Shown: positions 36,285 to 45,265 of the stretch, piece after piece
How the letters are laid out: every line of letters starts with the position of its first letter
How positions within the stretch are numbered: the stretch's first letter is position 1
DNA from: Gemmatimonadota bacterium
Lineage (GTDB): Bacteria > Gemmatimonadota > Gemmatimonadetes > Palauibacterales > Palauibacteraceae
NCBI GenBank assembly: GCA_035267645.1
Contig: DATFLN010000034.1
Span: forward strand, 100,505 to 164,504
Length of the DNA: 64,000 bases
Direction: 5' to 3'
The notes under the pieces: generated by a model
What the model was told of the DNA's origin: nothing
Database searches by the model: none
The model's input: only the letters and a program-made list of their open reading frames with translations
Program-made: the position numbers and the translations under genes

Positions 36285-37160
36285 GTGAGCGCAGACGACG
36301 GCCCGGCCCTCCGCACCTGCCTCATCACCGGAGGGAACTCGGGCATCGGGAAGGAGGCGGCGCGCCGCCTCGTGCGGGACGGGGCGCGGGTGATCCTCCT
36401 GTGCCGCTCCCGCGAGCGCGGGGAGGACGCCCGGCGGGAGCTGGCGACCGAGGCCGCGGGACCCGCGCCCGAGCTCGTCGTCGGCGACCTCGAGCGCTTC
36501 GACTCGGTGAGGAGCGCGGCCGCGGAGGTGGCGCGGCGGGCACCGAGCCTGGACGCGCTCGTGGCCAACGCGGGGGTGTACCGCGCGCAGCGGGAGATCA
36601 CGCCCGAGGGGCTCGAGCGGACGATGGCGGTGAACCACGTGGGGCACCACCTGCTCGTCGGCCTCCTCCTGGACCGGGTGGTCGACGCCGGGGGCCGGGT
36701 CGCGGTCGTGAGCTCCGAGGCCCACCGGGCCGGTCGGCTGCGCCGGAGGCCCCTCGAGGAGATCCTCCGCGGAGAGGGCGACTACTCGGGCTGGCAGGCC
36801 TACGCCGACTCCAAGCTGGCCAACCTCCTGTTCGCCTTCGAGCTGGGGCGGCGCCTCGAGGGGACGGGCGTGGGCGTCTCGGCCCTCCACCCGGGCACGC
36901 TGGCCACGAGCATCTGGAACCGGAACCGGGACGTGGCCAGCCTGGTCGCCCGCCTGGCCAAGCCGTTCATGGGCTCCCCGGAGCGGGGCGGAGAGCGGGT
37001 CGCACGGCTGGTGACCGATCCGGCCCTGGCGGAGGAGCGCGGCGTCTACGTCAGCGGGGAGGAGCGCTCGCGCGCCTCGGAGGACGCCTACGACCGGGAG
37101 CTGGCGGAGGAGCTCTGGGGGGCGACGGACCGCGCGACCGGGACGGCGCCGGAGGCCTGA
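36285..37160 (+). CDS. Short-chain dehydrogenase/reductase (SDR, retinol-dehydrogenase-like)
   Basis: ITGGNSGIGKEAA (TGxxxGIG), NAGV and YADSKLAN (YxxxK). In-frame GTG at 36285 preceded by GGGGAGG. Confidence 0.88.
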   Translation: MSADDGPALRTCLITGGNSGIGKEAARRLVRDGARVILLCRSRERGEDARRELATEAAGPAPELVVGDLERFDSVRSAAAEVARRAPSLDALVANAGVYRAQREITPEGLERTMAVNHVGHHLLVGLLLDRVVDAGGRVAVVSSEAHRAGRLRRRPLEEILRGEGDYSGWQAYADSKLANLLFAFELGRRLEGTGVGVSALHPGTLATSIWNRNRDVASLVARLAKPFMGSPERGGERVARLVTDPALAEERGVYVSGEERSRASEDAYDRELAEELWGATDRATGTAPEA

Positions 37161-37207
37161 CCGCTCGGGGCGCTCGCGGACGGCGGCTCGTCCGGCGCGC
37201 CCGTCCC

Positions 37208-37897
37208 TCAGTCGGAGCCTTCCGGCGCGCCCTCCGCCCCGATCGCCTCGTCCAGCCAGTCGTCCAGCGAGCGGACGGCGTACTTCCAGTGGTCGAGGAG
37301 GCGGCCGGCCGCCTCCTCGGTGTCCCCCGCCTCCAGGGCCTCCAGGATCGAGGCGTGCTGCTTCAGGCCCTTGACCCCGATCTGCTCGAACTTCCTGGCG
37401 TGGCCGTACTCGTACCGGTACACCCGCTGCCGGAGGAGGTCGAGGAGCTCGAGGAGCTGCTGGTTGGGGCACGCCTCGACCAGGGCGCGATGCCACTGGA
37501 TGTCGAGGGCGACGGCCTCGGTCGCGTCGTGGTCCTCGGGCCGGCGGGCCCGCTGACGGTCCAGCTCGCGCAGGCGCTCCACCGTCTCCTCGTCGAGCGG
37601 GCCGGTGCGCTTCAGGGCCAGCACCTCGAGCTCGGCCACCAGGCTGTAGAGCTCCCTGCCCGTGCGGACGTCCATCTCGGTCACCCGGAAGCCCCTGCCG
37701 GGCTCGCTCTCGATCAGGCCCTCGGAGGCGAGCTGGAGGAGCGCCTCCCGGAGCGGGGTGCGGCTGATCCCGAACTCCGCCGCCAGCTCCGACTCGTTGA
37801 TGTGCTGGCCGGGCTCGAGCTGGCGGTCCAGGAGGCGGTCCACGAGGATCTCGCGGACCTTCTCCCGAATGGGCTCCCTGGAGATCGGACTTGTCAC
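37208..37897 (-). CDS. GntR-family transcriptional regulator (FadR/FCD subfamily)
   Basis: Winged-HTH region INESELAAEFGISRTPLREALLQLASEGLI followed by an FCD-type helical domain. GTG at 37897 preceded by GGGAGGTGG. Confidence 0.88.
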   Translation of the reverse strand: MTSPISREPIREKVREILVDRLLDRQLEPGQHINESELAAEFGISRTPLREALLQLASEGLIESEPGRGFRVTEMDVRTGRELYSLVAELEVLALKRTGPLDEETVERLRELDRQRARRPEDHDATEAVALDIQWHRALVEACPNQQLLELLDLLRQRVYRYEYGHARKFEQIGVKGLKQHASILEALEAGDTEEAAGRLLDHWKYAVRSLDDWLDEAIGAEGAPEGSD

Positions 37898-38082
37898 GCC
37901 ACCTCCCGAGCCGGGTCGCGGCCGACCTTCCTCGCCTCGCCGCCGGGTGCGGGCGGTCGACACCGGCCCGCCCAGTAGAATATCCGCGTACCCGGCGCGG
38001 CCACAACTCCGGGCGAGCACCAGAGTAAGGTGACCGCGGGCGCACGCCGCTCGGATCCGGCCGAGTGGCCGGCGGCGTGCCC

Positions 38083-38115
38083 GGAAAGAAAGAGGGCCGG
38101 ATCTCTCCGGCCCTC
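38083..38115 (-). terminator. Rho-independent terminator downstream of hsp20
   Basis: A perfect 10-bp stem pairs GAGGGCCGGA (38092-38101) with TCCGGCCCTC (38106-38115), with loop TCTC. On the minus strand the hairpin is followed by TTTCTTTCC. Confidence 0.6.
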
Positions 38116-38164
38116 CCGGTTCGATGAGGCCGGGACGCTGGGCGTCCCCGGCCGGGCGAAGGCG

Positions 38165-38626
38165 CTACTTCTTGGCCTTCACCTCGATCCTGCGCGGCTT
38201 GGCCTCGGGCGCCTTGGGCAGGGTCACCTTCAGCACGCCTTCGGCGAAGTTGGCGTCGATGTCGTCCGGGCTCACCGAACGTGGCAGCGCGTAGCTCCGG
38301 CTGAAGCGGTCCACCGAGCGCTCGCGCAGGTGATACGTGCGCCCCTCGGTCTCCTCGGTCTCCTCGATGCTGCGGGAGCCGGTCACGGTCAGGACGCCGC
38401 GCTCCATCGTGAGCTCGATGTCATCCAGGTCGAAGCCCGGGAGCTCCATCTCGAGCACGAACGCGTCCTCGGTCTCGTACAGGTCCGCCGCGGGACTCCA
38501 CGCGCTCCAGCTGCTGAGCGGACGGCCGAAGAAGTCATCCAGCATGTCGCTCAGCTCCGGGACCATCCTGCCGGTCCACGGACGCCGGGCGGCCACCCGC
38601 CTTCCACTGCTCGTCGTGGGAAGCAT
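38165..38626 (-). CDS. Hsp20/alpha-crystallin small heat-shock protein
   Basis: AGGAGGTGG Shine-Dalgarno then ATG at 38626. Alpha-crystallin domain PAADLYETEDAFVLEMELPGF...GVLTVTG...ERSVDRFSRSYALP...A.FAEGVLKVTLPK. Confidence 0.92.
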   Translation of the reverse strand: MLPTTSSGRRVAARRPWTGRMVPELSDMLDDFFGRPLSSWSAWSPAADLYETEDAFVLEMELPGFDLDDIELTMERGVLTVTGSRSIEETEETEGRTYHLRERSVDRFSRSYALPRSVSPDDIDANFAEGVLKVTLPKAPEAKPRRIEVKAKK

Positions 38627-38734
38627 ACTCCACCTCCTGTTGACGACTCGTCTCGTTTTCTCTGTCGCGATCCAGGTCGGCCGACGCCGGGACGTATCGG
38701 GCCGGTGCCGGCCTGATCTGCACCTCCGTTCGGG

Positions 38735-38750
38735 TGCAAGGGCCGTGCCT
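38735..38750 (-). promoter_or_regulatory. Sigma-54 (-24/-12) promoter upstream of hsp20
   Basis: The minus strand reads aGGCACGgcccTTGCAcc, which has the same exact GGCACG-N4-TTGCA core as the site at 49401. It lies about 110 nt upstream of the hsp20 ATG (38626). Confidence 0.55.
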
Positions 38751-38863
38751 GTTTCTGGACACGAAAAGTACGTCATTCTTGCACCTTCGGGCCGCGACGG
38801 ACGGCCGTCACGGCAGACGCCTGCAAACTCGACAGGGGTCGACCGGAGCGGGACCCTCACCGG

Positions 38864-41050
38864 CTATTCGGAGGTCGCCTGGAGGTCCGCGTAGCGGGCG
38901 ATGAGCCGCCGGGTTCGTCCGTCCTCGAAGGCGACGACGATGCGCGGATCGCGCGGGCTGCCGGCCACCTCGAGCACCGTCCCCTCGCCGAAGCGCGGAT
39001 GGCGGACCGCGTCCCCCGCGCTCCACGAGGGGCCGGACTGGTCCTCTCCCGATCGGGCGCCGGCCCGCACCTCCTCGACGTGCTGCTCGGGGAGCTCCCG
39101 GAGGAAGCAGGAGGGCGCCGACCAGCTCCTCCGGCCCCAGCGCCTGCGGGAGGAGGCGTGGGTGAGCGCCACCCAACGCCGCGCACGCGTGAGCCCGACG
39201 TAGAAGAGGCGCCGCTCCTCCTCCAGGTCCGCCTCGGAGCCCGACGAGCGGGCGTGGGGGCACAGCCCCTCCTCCATCCCGGCCAGGAAGACCCACGGGA
39301 ACTCCAGCCCCTTGCTGTTGTGGAGCGTCATGAGGAGGACCGCGTCGGCCTCGGGGTCGTGCCGGTCGACCTCGGCCACGAGGGCGACCTCCTGGAGGAA
39401 GCGGTCGAGCGAGGTGAGCTCGGCCCCGGGCTCCTCCGGCTCGGCCTCGGGGACCGCCGCGTCCGCCCCGCGCTCGTCGATCTCCGCGGCGGCGGCCACC
39501 AGCTCCTCGACGTTCTCGGCCCGCTCCTCGCCGTCGGGCCCCTCCTCGCGCAGCGCCTGCAGGAGGTCGAGCTCCTCGATGAGCCGCCGCAGCAGCTCGG
39601 CCGCCGACAGCCGCGAGGCCGCCTCGCGGTAACGCTCGACGAGCCGGCCGAACGCCTCCAGCGCGCGGGCCCCGGCCGTGGGGATCTCGTCCGCATCCGT
39701 GGCCACGAGCGACGCCTCGACGGGCGAGATCCCGTCCTCCCGCGCGCGGGCCAGGAGGCGGCTCCGGGTCACCTCGCCCACGCCCCGGCGTGGCCAGCGG
39801 ACGGCGCGCTCGAAGGCCGCCCGGTCCCGGGGGTTGGCCACGAGACGCAGGTAGGCGAGCACGTCGCGGATCTCGCGACGCTCGTAGAAGCGCACACCGC
39901 CCACGATCTGATAGGGGATCCCGCGGCGGCGGATGGCGTCCTCGAGCGCCCGCGACTGCGCGTTGGTCCTGTACAGGATGGCGAAGTCCCGGTAGCGGGC
40001 ATCCGGCTCCTCCTCCATGCGATCCTCGATCGTGTCCGCGATCCACCGCGCCTCGGCCGCGTCGTCGTCGGTGCGCACGAGGAGGAGGGGCTCCCCCTCG
40101 GGGCCGTCCGTGAACAGCGTCTTCTCCTTCCGGCGCCGGTTGTGGCGGATGACGTGGTTGGCCGCCGCCAGGATCCGCCCGGTGGACCGGTAGTTCTTCT
40201 CGAGGCGGACTGTGTGGCAGCCCTCGAAGTCCTCCTCGAACTCCAGGATGTTGCGGACGTCGGCGCCCCTCCACCCGTAGATGGACTGGTCGTCGTCGCC
40301 GACCACCATGAGGTTCCGGTGGCGCTCGGCCAGGAGCTGGACCAGCCGGTACTGGGCGTGGTTCGTGTCCTGGTACTCGTCCACCAGGATGAAGGAGAAG
40401 CGGGCCCGGTAGCGCTCGAGCACCTCCTTCTCGTCCCGGAGGAGCTCGACCGCCTTCATGAGGAGGTCGTCGAAGTCGAAGGCGTCCTGCCGGGCCAGGG
40501 CGGCCCGGTACGCCTCGTAGACCTCCTGGACCACCCGCTCGAACGGCTCGGGGTCCGGACCGAGCATGGCGGCGCGGGCCTCCGGCGTGAGGAGCCAGCT
40601 CTTGGCGTCCGAGATGTGGCTCCGCACGGCCCGCGGGCGCCAGCGCTCCCGGTCCAGCTCCAGCGCCTCCATGACCCGCTCCACCTGGGAGAGCGTCTCG
40701 TCGGCGTCGTGGATCGTGAAGCGGTGCGACCAGCCGATCCGGGGGGCGTGGCGCCGCAGGAGCCAGGCGCCGAAGGCGTGGAACGTCCCGGCCCACAGGC
40801 CGGCCGGTGGCTCCCCGAGCAGCCGCTCGATGCGCTCGCGCATCTCCGACGCCGCCTTGTTGGTGAAGGTGACGGCGAGGATCCGCTCCGGCGGGACGCC
40901 GTGCTCGTCGATGAGGAGCGCGACGCGGGTGGTGAGGACGCGCGTCTTGCCGCTCCCGGCTCCCGCCAGGACGAGGAGCGGTCCCTCGACGTGCTCGGCG
41001 GCCTCCCTCTGGGCCGGGTTCAGCGTCTCGAGCTGGTCCTGGACGGTCAT
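38864..41050 (-). CDS. UvrD/PcrA-type ATP-dependent DNA helicase (superfamily 1A)
   Basis: Blocks LNPAQREAA, AGAGSGKTRVL, VTFTNKAA.EM, ILVDEYQDTN, VVGDDDQSIYGWRGA, EKNYRST, TLHNSKGLEF and LFYVGLTRA. ATG at 41050 (MTVQDQ). Confidence 0.93.
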   Translation of the reverse strand: MTVQDQLETLNPAQREAAEHVEGPLLVLAGAGSGKTRVLTTRVALLIDEHGVPPERILAVTFTNKAASEMRERIERLLGEPPAGLWAGTFHAFGAWLLRRHAPRIGWSHRFTIHDADETLSQVERVMEALELDRERWRPRAVRSHISDAKSWLLTPEARAAMLGPDPEPFERVVQEVYEAYRAALARQDAFDFDDLLMKAVELLRDEKEVLERYRARFSFILVDEYQDTNHAQYRLVQLLAERHRNLMVVGDDDQSIYGWRGADVRNILEFEEDFEGCHTVRLEKNYRSTGRILAAANHVIRHNRRRKEKTLFTDGPEGEPLLLVRTDDDAAEARWIADTIEDRMEEEPDARYRDFAILYRTNAQSRALEDAIRRRGIPYQIVGGVRFYERREIRDVLAYLRLVANPRDRAAFERAVRWPRRGVGEVTRSRLLARAREDGISPVEASLVATDADEIPTAGARALEAFGRLVERYREAASRLSAAELLRRLIEELDLLQALREEGPDGEERAENVEELVAAAAEIDERGADAAVPEAEPEEPGAELTSLDRFLQEVALVAEVDRHDPEADAVLLMTLHNSKGLEFPWVFLAGMEEGLCPHARSSGSEADLEEERRLFYVGLTRARRWVALTHASSRRRWGRRSWSAPSCFLRELPEQHVEEVRAGARSGEDQSGPSWSAGDAVRHPRFGEGTVLEVAGSPRDPRIVVAFEDGRTRRLIARYADLQATSE

Positions 41051-41244
41051 GTCCCTCCGGTCGGAACGGCGGACGGGGCCCACGCGCACCGAATGTACCC
41101 CGAAGCCGGCGGAGGTGCCGCAGCGGGTGGCTCGCGGTCGAGTCCGACGGGGCGTGGGAGCCCGATCGGCGCGGCGGATGGCGCGCCGCGGGGGAGGGTC
41201 CGCGCCGCACCGGTGCGTGTCGTGCGGCGGCGTTTTCTCGTATC

Positions 41245-43746
41245 TTGAGGGGCTTCGTCGCCCCGATCGCCCATACCGACCGGTCCGCCTGGAGGTGGAT
41301 CCTGGCCAGCACCACCTCTCAGAGCCGGGGAGAGGGGGACCGACACCCGCTTCCGATCGTCGGGGCCCTCCTGCTGTGCGCCGCCACCTTCGCCTACGAC
41401 GTGGGCACGCCTCCCTACCACGCGCTGGGGGTGGTGCCCTACGTCCTGGCGGTCCTCGTGAGCTACCGGCATCGGTGGCCGGGCGTGCCGTTCGTGGTCG
41501 CGGGTCTCTCCACGGTCCTGGCCCTCGCCGGGCCGCCGCTGGGCGGCCATCCCTACACGCGCCTGCTCCTGGTCAACCGGTCCGCGATCGTCCTCGTCCT
41601 CTGGGTGGCCGCCTGGCTCGTGTGGCGGGGCCGCCGGGCAACGGTGGCGGCGGCCGACCACGGTCGGGCGCTGGAGGCGCTCCGGGACGAGAGGCGGCGG
41701 CTGGGGCTCTTCCTGGAGAGGGTCCCGGCGATCCTGTGGGCGGTGGACCGGGACCTGCAGTTCACCCAGAGCACCGGATCGGGACTCTCGGAGCTCGGCC
41801 TCGAGTCCGGCCAGGTCCTGGGCCGAACCCTCCAGGAGTTCTTCGGGACGGACGATCCCGCCTTCGAGCCGATCTCGGAGCACCGGCGCGTGCTGGAGAC
41901 GGGCGCGACCGCGAGCTTCGGAACCGAATGGAACGGCCGACACTACCGGGTCCACCTGGAGCCCCTGCCCGGACCGGACGGCCGCCCGGCGGGCGTCGCG
42001 GGCCTGGCCCTCGACGTCACCGAGCGGCTCAGGGCCGAGGAGAGCGCGCGCCGGAGCGAGGCCCGCTACCGGCGCCTGTTCGAGGACGTCCAGGAGGCCG
42101 TGTACTTCGCGAGCCTGGATGGCAGGATTCGCGAGGCCAACCGGGCGTTCCGGGAGCTGTTCGGCCTGCCAGAGGACTCTCCGGAGGGCCTGGACACTTC
42201 CGAGCTCTACGCGGATCCGGACGAGCGCGACCGCCTCCGCGAGGTCCTCCTGGAGCGGGGCTCTGTCCGGGACTACGAGCTCCGCCTGCGGGGACGGGAC
42301 GGGCGGTCGATTCGCGCCCTCCTCTCCGCCACGCTGGTCCGCGACGGCGTCGACCGGCCCACCGGCTTCCAGGGCATCCTCCGCGACGTCACCCGCCAGC
42401 GTGAGCTGGAGTCCGAGCTCCGCCGCCGCGCGCTCCACGACACCCTCACCGACCTCCCCAACAGGGCGCTGCTGCACGATCGTCTGGGGGTGGCCCTGGA
42501 GCGGCAGGAGCGCGACCGGACCGGCCTGGCGCTCCTGTTCGTGGACCTGGACGGGTTCAAGCGCGTGAACGACAGCCTGGGCCACCAGGCCGGGGATGTG
42601 GTGCTCCAGCGCGCCGCGGCGCGCCTGGACGAGGGCCTGCGCGGCGCGGACACGGTGGCCCGGGTGGGCGGGGACGAGTTCATGGTCCTCCTGACCGACG
42701 TCGGCGACGTCCGCGAGTCGGAGGCCGCCGCGGAGCGCCTCACGTCCCAGTTCGAGCGTCCGTTCCTGGCCGGGACCCAGGAGGTGCACCTGGCCGCCAG
42801 CGTCGGGGTGGTCTACGTGGGCCCCGGGTCCGGGTGGTCCGGGGTCGAGCCCGTGGATGCCGACCGGCTGGTCCGCGCGGCCGACCTGGCCCTGTACCGG
42901 GCCAAGCGGAGCGCCGGGTCGACCTTCCGGGTCTTCGACCCGGCGGCGGACTGGACGGGCGGGGAGCGGGACCGCCTGGCCCTCGAGAACGAGATCCGGG
43001 AGGGGCTGGCGGCCGGCGCGTTCGAGTGCCGCTACCAGCCCGTCGTCGACCTCGAGCGGGGTCGCGTCTGCGGTGCGGAGGTCCTGGCACGGTGGCGCCA
43101 CGAGGAGCGCGGCCTCCTCGCGCCCGAGGAGTTCATCGACGTGTGCGAGCAGACGGGGCTCATCGTGCCGCTGGGCCAGGCCATCCTCCGGCGGGCGTGC
43201 CGCGATTCGGCCTCGTGGCGGGGCCCGGACGGAGAGCCCCTCCCGATCTTCGTGAACCTGAGCCCGCGGGAGTTCGACGACCCGGAGCTGGTCTCCCGGG
43301 TGTGCGGAGCGCTCGAGGACACCGGCACCGACCCCGGCCGGCTCGTGTTCGAGGTCACCGAGAGCGGGGCGATGCTTCGGCCCGAGCACACGGCCCGCCT
43401 CCGGGAGCTGGGGTGTCGCGTGGCGCTGGACGACTTCGGGACGGGCTATGCCAGCCTGCACTACCTGAAGACGCTGGCGCTCGACATCCTGAAGCTCGAC
43501 ATGGTGTTCACGCACGGGCTCCCGGACGACCCGGCCGACGTGGCCATCTGCCGGGCCGTGGCGACCCTCGGCCGGCACCTGGGCCTGGACGTCGTGGCCG
43601 AGGGGATCGAGACGGGCGAGCAGCTCGAGGTCGCCCGCGCGGTCGGCTGTGGCCGCGGGCAGGGCTTCTACCTGGGCCGCCCCGGGCCCCCCGAGGAGCT
43701 GGCGCGGCGGCTGGCGGGGACGGCCGCGGAGCCGGGGAGGCCCTGA
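41245..43746 (+). CDS. Membrane-anchored PAS-PAS-GGDEF-EAL signalling protein (c-di-GMP turnover)
   Basis: N-terminal TM helices and two PAS-like segments. The GGDEF domain reads VGGDEF with DLDGFKRVND. The EAL domain has YQPVV, EVLARW, VNLSP, FEVTES and LDDFGTGYAS. The TTG start at 41245 is uncertain because it overlaps a promoter-like motif. Confidence 0.9.
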   Translation: MRGFVAPIAHTDRSAWRWILASTTSQSRGEGDRHPLPIVGALLLCAATFAYDVGTPPYHALGVVPYVLAVLVSYRHRWPGVPFVVAGLSTVLALAGPPLGGHPYTRLLLVNRSAIVLVLWVAAWLVWRGRRATVAAADHGRALEALRDERRRLGLFLERVPAILWAVDRDLQFTQSTGSGLSELGLESGQVLGRTLQEFFGTDDPAFEPISEHRRVLETGATASFGTEWNGRHYRVHLEPLPGPDGRPAGVAGLALDVTERLRAEESARRSEARYRRLFEDVQEAVYFASLDGRIREANRAFRELFGLPEDSPEGLDTSELYADPDERDRLREVLLERGSVRDYELRLRGRDGRSIRALLSATLVRDGVDRPTGFQGILRDVTRQRELESELRRRALHDTLTDLPNRALLHDRLGVALERQERDRTGLALLFVDLDGFKRVNDSLGHQAGDVVLQRAAARLDEGLRGADTVARVGGDEFMVLLTDVGDVRESEAAAERLTSQFERPFLAGTQEVHLAASVGVVYVGPGSGWSGVEPVDADRLVRAADLALYRAKRSAGSTFRVFDPAADWTGGERDRLALENEIREGLAAGAFECRYQPVVDLERGRVCGAEVLARWRHEERGLLAPEEFIDVCEQTGLIVPLGQAILRRACRDSASWRGPDGEPLPIFVNLSPREFDDPELVSRVCGALEDTGTDPGRLVFEVTESGAMLRPEHTARLRELGCRVALDDFGTGYASLHYLKTLALDILKLDMVFTHGLPDDPADVAICRAVATLGRHLGLDVVAEGIETGEQLEVARAVGCGRGQGFYLGRPGPPEELARRLAGTAAEPGRP

Positions 43747-43750
43747 GAGC

Positions 43751-45193
43751 GTGGACGTTCTCGTCACGGGGGCGACGGGCTACATCGGCGGCCGCCTGGT
43801 CCCCCTCCTCCTGGAGAGGGGCCACCGGGTCCGGGTCCTGGCCAGGGATCCGTCGCGCGCCGCCGACCGGCCGTGGGCGGGGCAGGTGGAGCTGGCCGCG
43901 GGGGACGTGCTGGATGCGGCCGGCCTCGTGCCGGCTCTCGACGGCATCGAGCTGGCCTACTACCTGGTCCACGCCATGACCGGGGGCGGCGATTTTGCCG
44001 AGCGGGACCGAACCGCGGCCGAGACCTTCGCGTCGGCGGTGCCGGAGGGCGCACGGGTGGTCTACCTGGGCGGGCTGGTGCCCTCCGGCCGGGTCCGCTC
44101 GGAGCACCTCCGCAGCCGCGCCGAGGTGGGCCGGATCCTGCGCGAGCGCCGACCGACGACGGAGCTCAGGGCGGGGCCCGTGATCGGATCGGGCTCCGCC
44201 TCCTTCGAGATGGTCCGCTACCTCACCGAGCGGCTGCCCGTCATGACGGCCCCCCGCTGGGTCGAGAACCCCGTGCAGCCCATCGGCGTGGAGGACGTCC
44301 TGGCGTACCTCGTCGCCGCCGGGGAAGGCCCGCCGGCGGGCGCGGTGGACGTCGGGGCGGACGTGGTGACCTTCCGGCGCATGATGGAGATCTACGCCGA
44401 CGTGCGGGGGCTCCGCCGCACGATCCTCCCCGTCCCCGTGCTGGCCCCGAAGCTGGCGGCCCGATGGGTGGGGCTGGTGACCCCGATCCCGAACCGCCTG
44501 GCCGTTCCGCTCGTGGAGGGCGTCCTGCAGCCGGTCACCGCCGACACCGCCAGAGCGCGGGAGCTGTATCCCTCCGTGCGTCCGATCCCCTACCGGGAGG
44601 CCGTGCGCCGCGCCGTCGAGGAGACGCTCTCGGGCGAGGTCATCACGCGCTGGTCCGGGGCACTGGGCGACGGGCCGGCGCGCGTGCTCGAGGAGCGTGA
44701 GGGATTGATCCGGGAGGTGCGCACCCTCGGGATCGACGCTCCGGAGGACGTCATCTACCGGGCGTTCTCGGGCCTGGGCGGAGACAGGGGCTGGCCGGCG
44801 TGGTCGTGGGCGTGGCGGCTGCGCGGGCTCGTCGACCGGCTGGCCGGCGGCCCGGGCCTGCGCCGGGGACGCCGTCACCCCGACGAGATCCGGGTGGGCG
44901 AGGCGGTGGACTTCTGGCGCGCCGAGGTCGTCGAGCCGCCCCGGCGGCTGAGGCTCCGGGCCGAGATGCGGCTTCCCGGGAGGGCGTGGCTCGACTGGGA
45001 GGTTCGGCCCGCCCGCGAGGAGGACGGCGCGGGGCACGAGCTCGTGCAGACGGCCTACTTCGCGCCCCGCGGCCTTCCCGGGCTGGCCTACTGGTACGGC
45101 CTCTATCCCTTCCACTCGTTGATCTTCGGACGCCTCATCCGGGCCGTGGCGCGCCGGGCCGAGCGTCTTGCCGGCGGAGGTGAGATCCTCTAG
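43751..45193 (+). CDS. NAD(P)-binding (NmrA/atypical SDR-like) protein fused to a DUF2867-like C-terminal domain
   Basis: VLVTGATGYIGGRLV Rossmann motif, and a C-terminal half with WRAE...RLRAEM.LPG.AWL.W pattern. The GTG at 43751 lies 4 nt after the previous stop. Confidence 0.8.
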   Translation: MDVLVTGATGYIGGRLVPLLLERGHRVRVLARDPSRAADRPWAGQVELAAGDVLDAAGLVPALDGIELAYYLVHAMTGGGDFAERDRTAAETFASAVPEGARVVYLGGLVPSGRVRSEHLRSRAEVGRILRERRPTTELRAGPVIGSGSASFEMVRYLTERLPVMTAPRWVENPVQPIGVEDVLAYLVAAGEGPPAGAVDVGADVVTFRRMMEIYADVRGLRRTILPVPVLAPKLAARWVGLVTPIPNRLAVPLVEGVLQPVTADTARARELYPSVRPIPYREAVRRAVEETLSGEVITRWSGALGDGPARVLEEREGLIREVRTLGIDAPEDVIYRAFSGLGGDRGWPAWSWAWRLRGLVDRLAGGPGLRRGRRHPDEIRVGEAVDFWRAEVVEPPRRLRLRAEMRLPGRAWLDWEVRPAREEDGAGHELVQTAYFAPRGLPGLAYWYGLYPFHSLIFGRLIRAVARRAERLAGGGEIL

Positions 45194-45265
45194 CGTGCGG
45201 CCGGTCCCGCCGGGCCGGGTCCGGGCGGGGTCGAAGGGACCGCCACCCGTGACCGAGGAGCCCAG

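Noticed and set aside
38751-38863. CIRCE/HAIR/ROSE-type heat-shock operator upstream of hsp20.
   Set aside because: The CIRCE consensus (TTAGCACTC-N9-GAGTGCTAA) and ROSE-like elements are not present. Only generic inverted repeats (TCGAC-N4-GTCGA, GACGG-N4-CCGTC) were seen.
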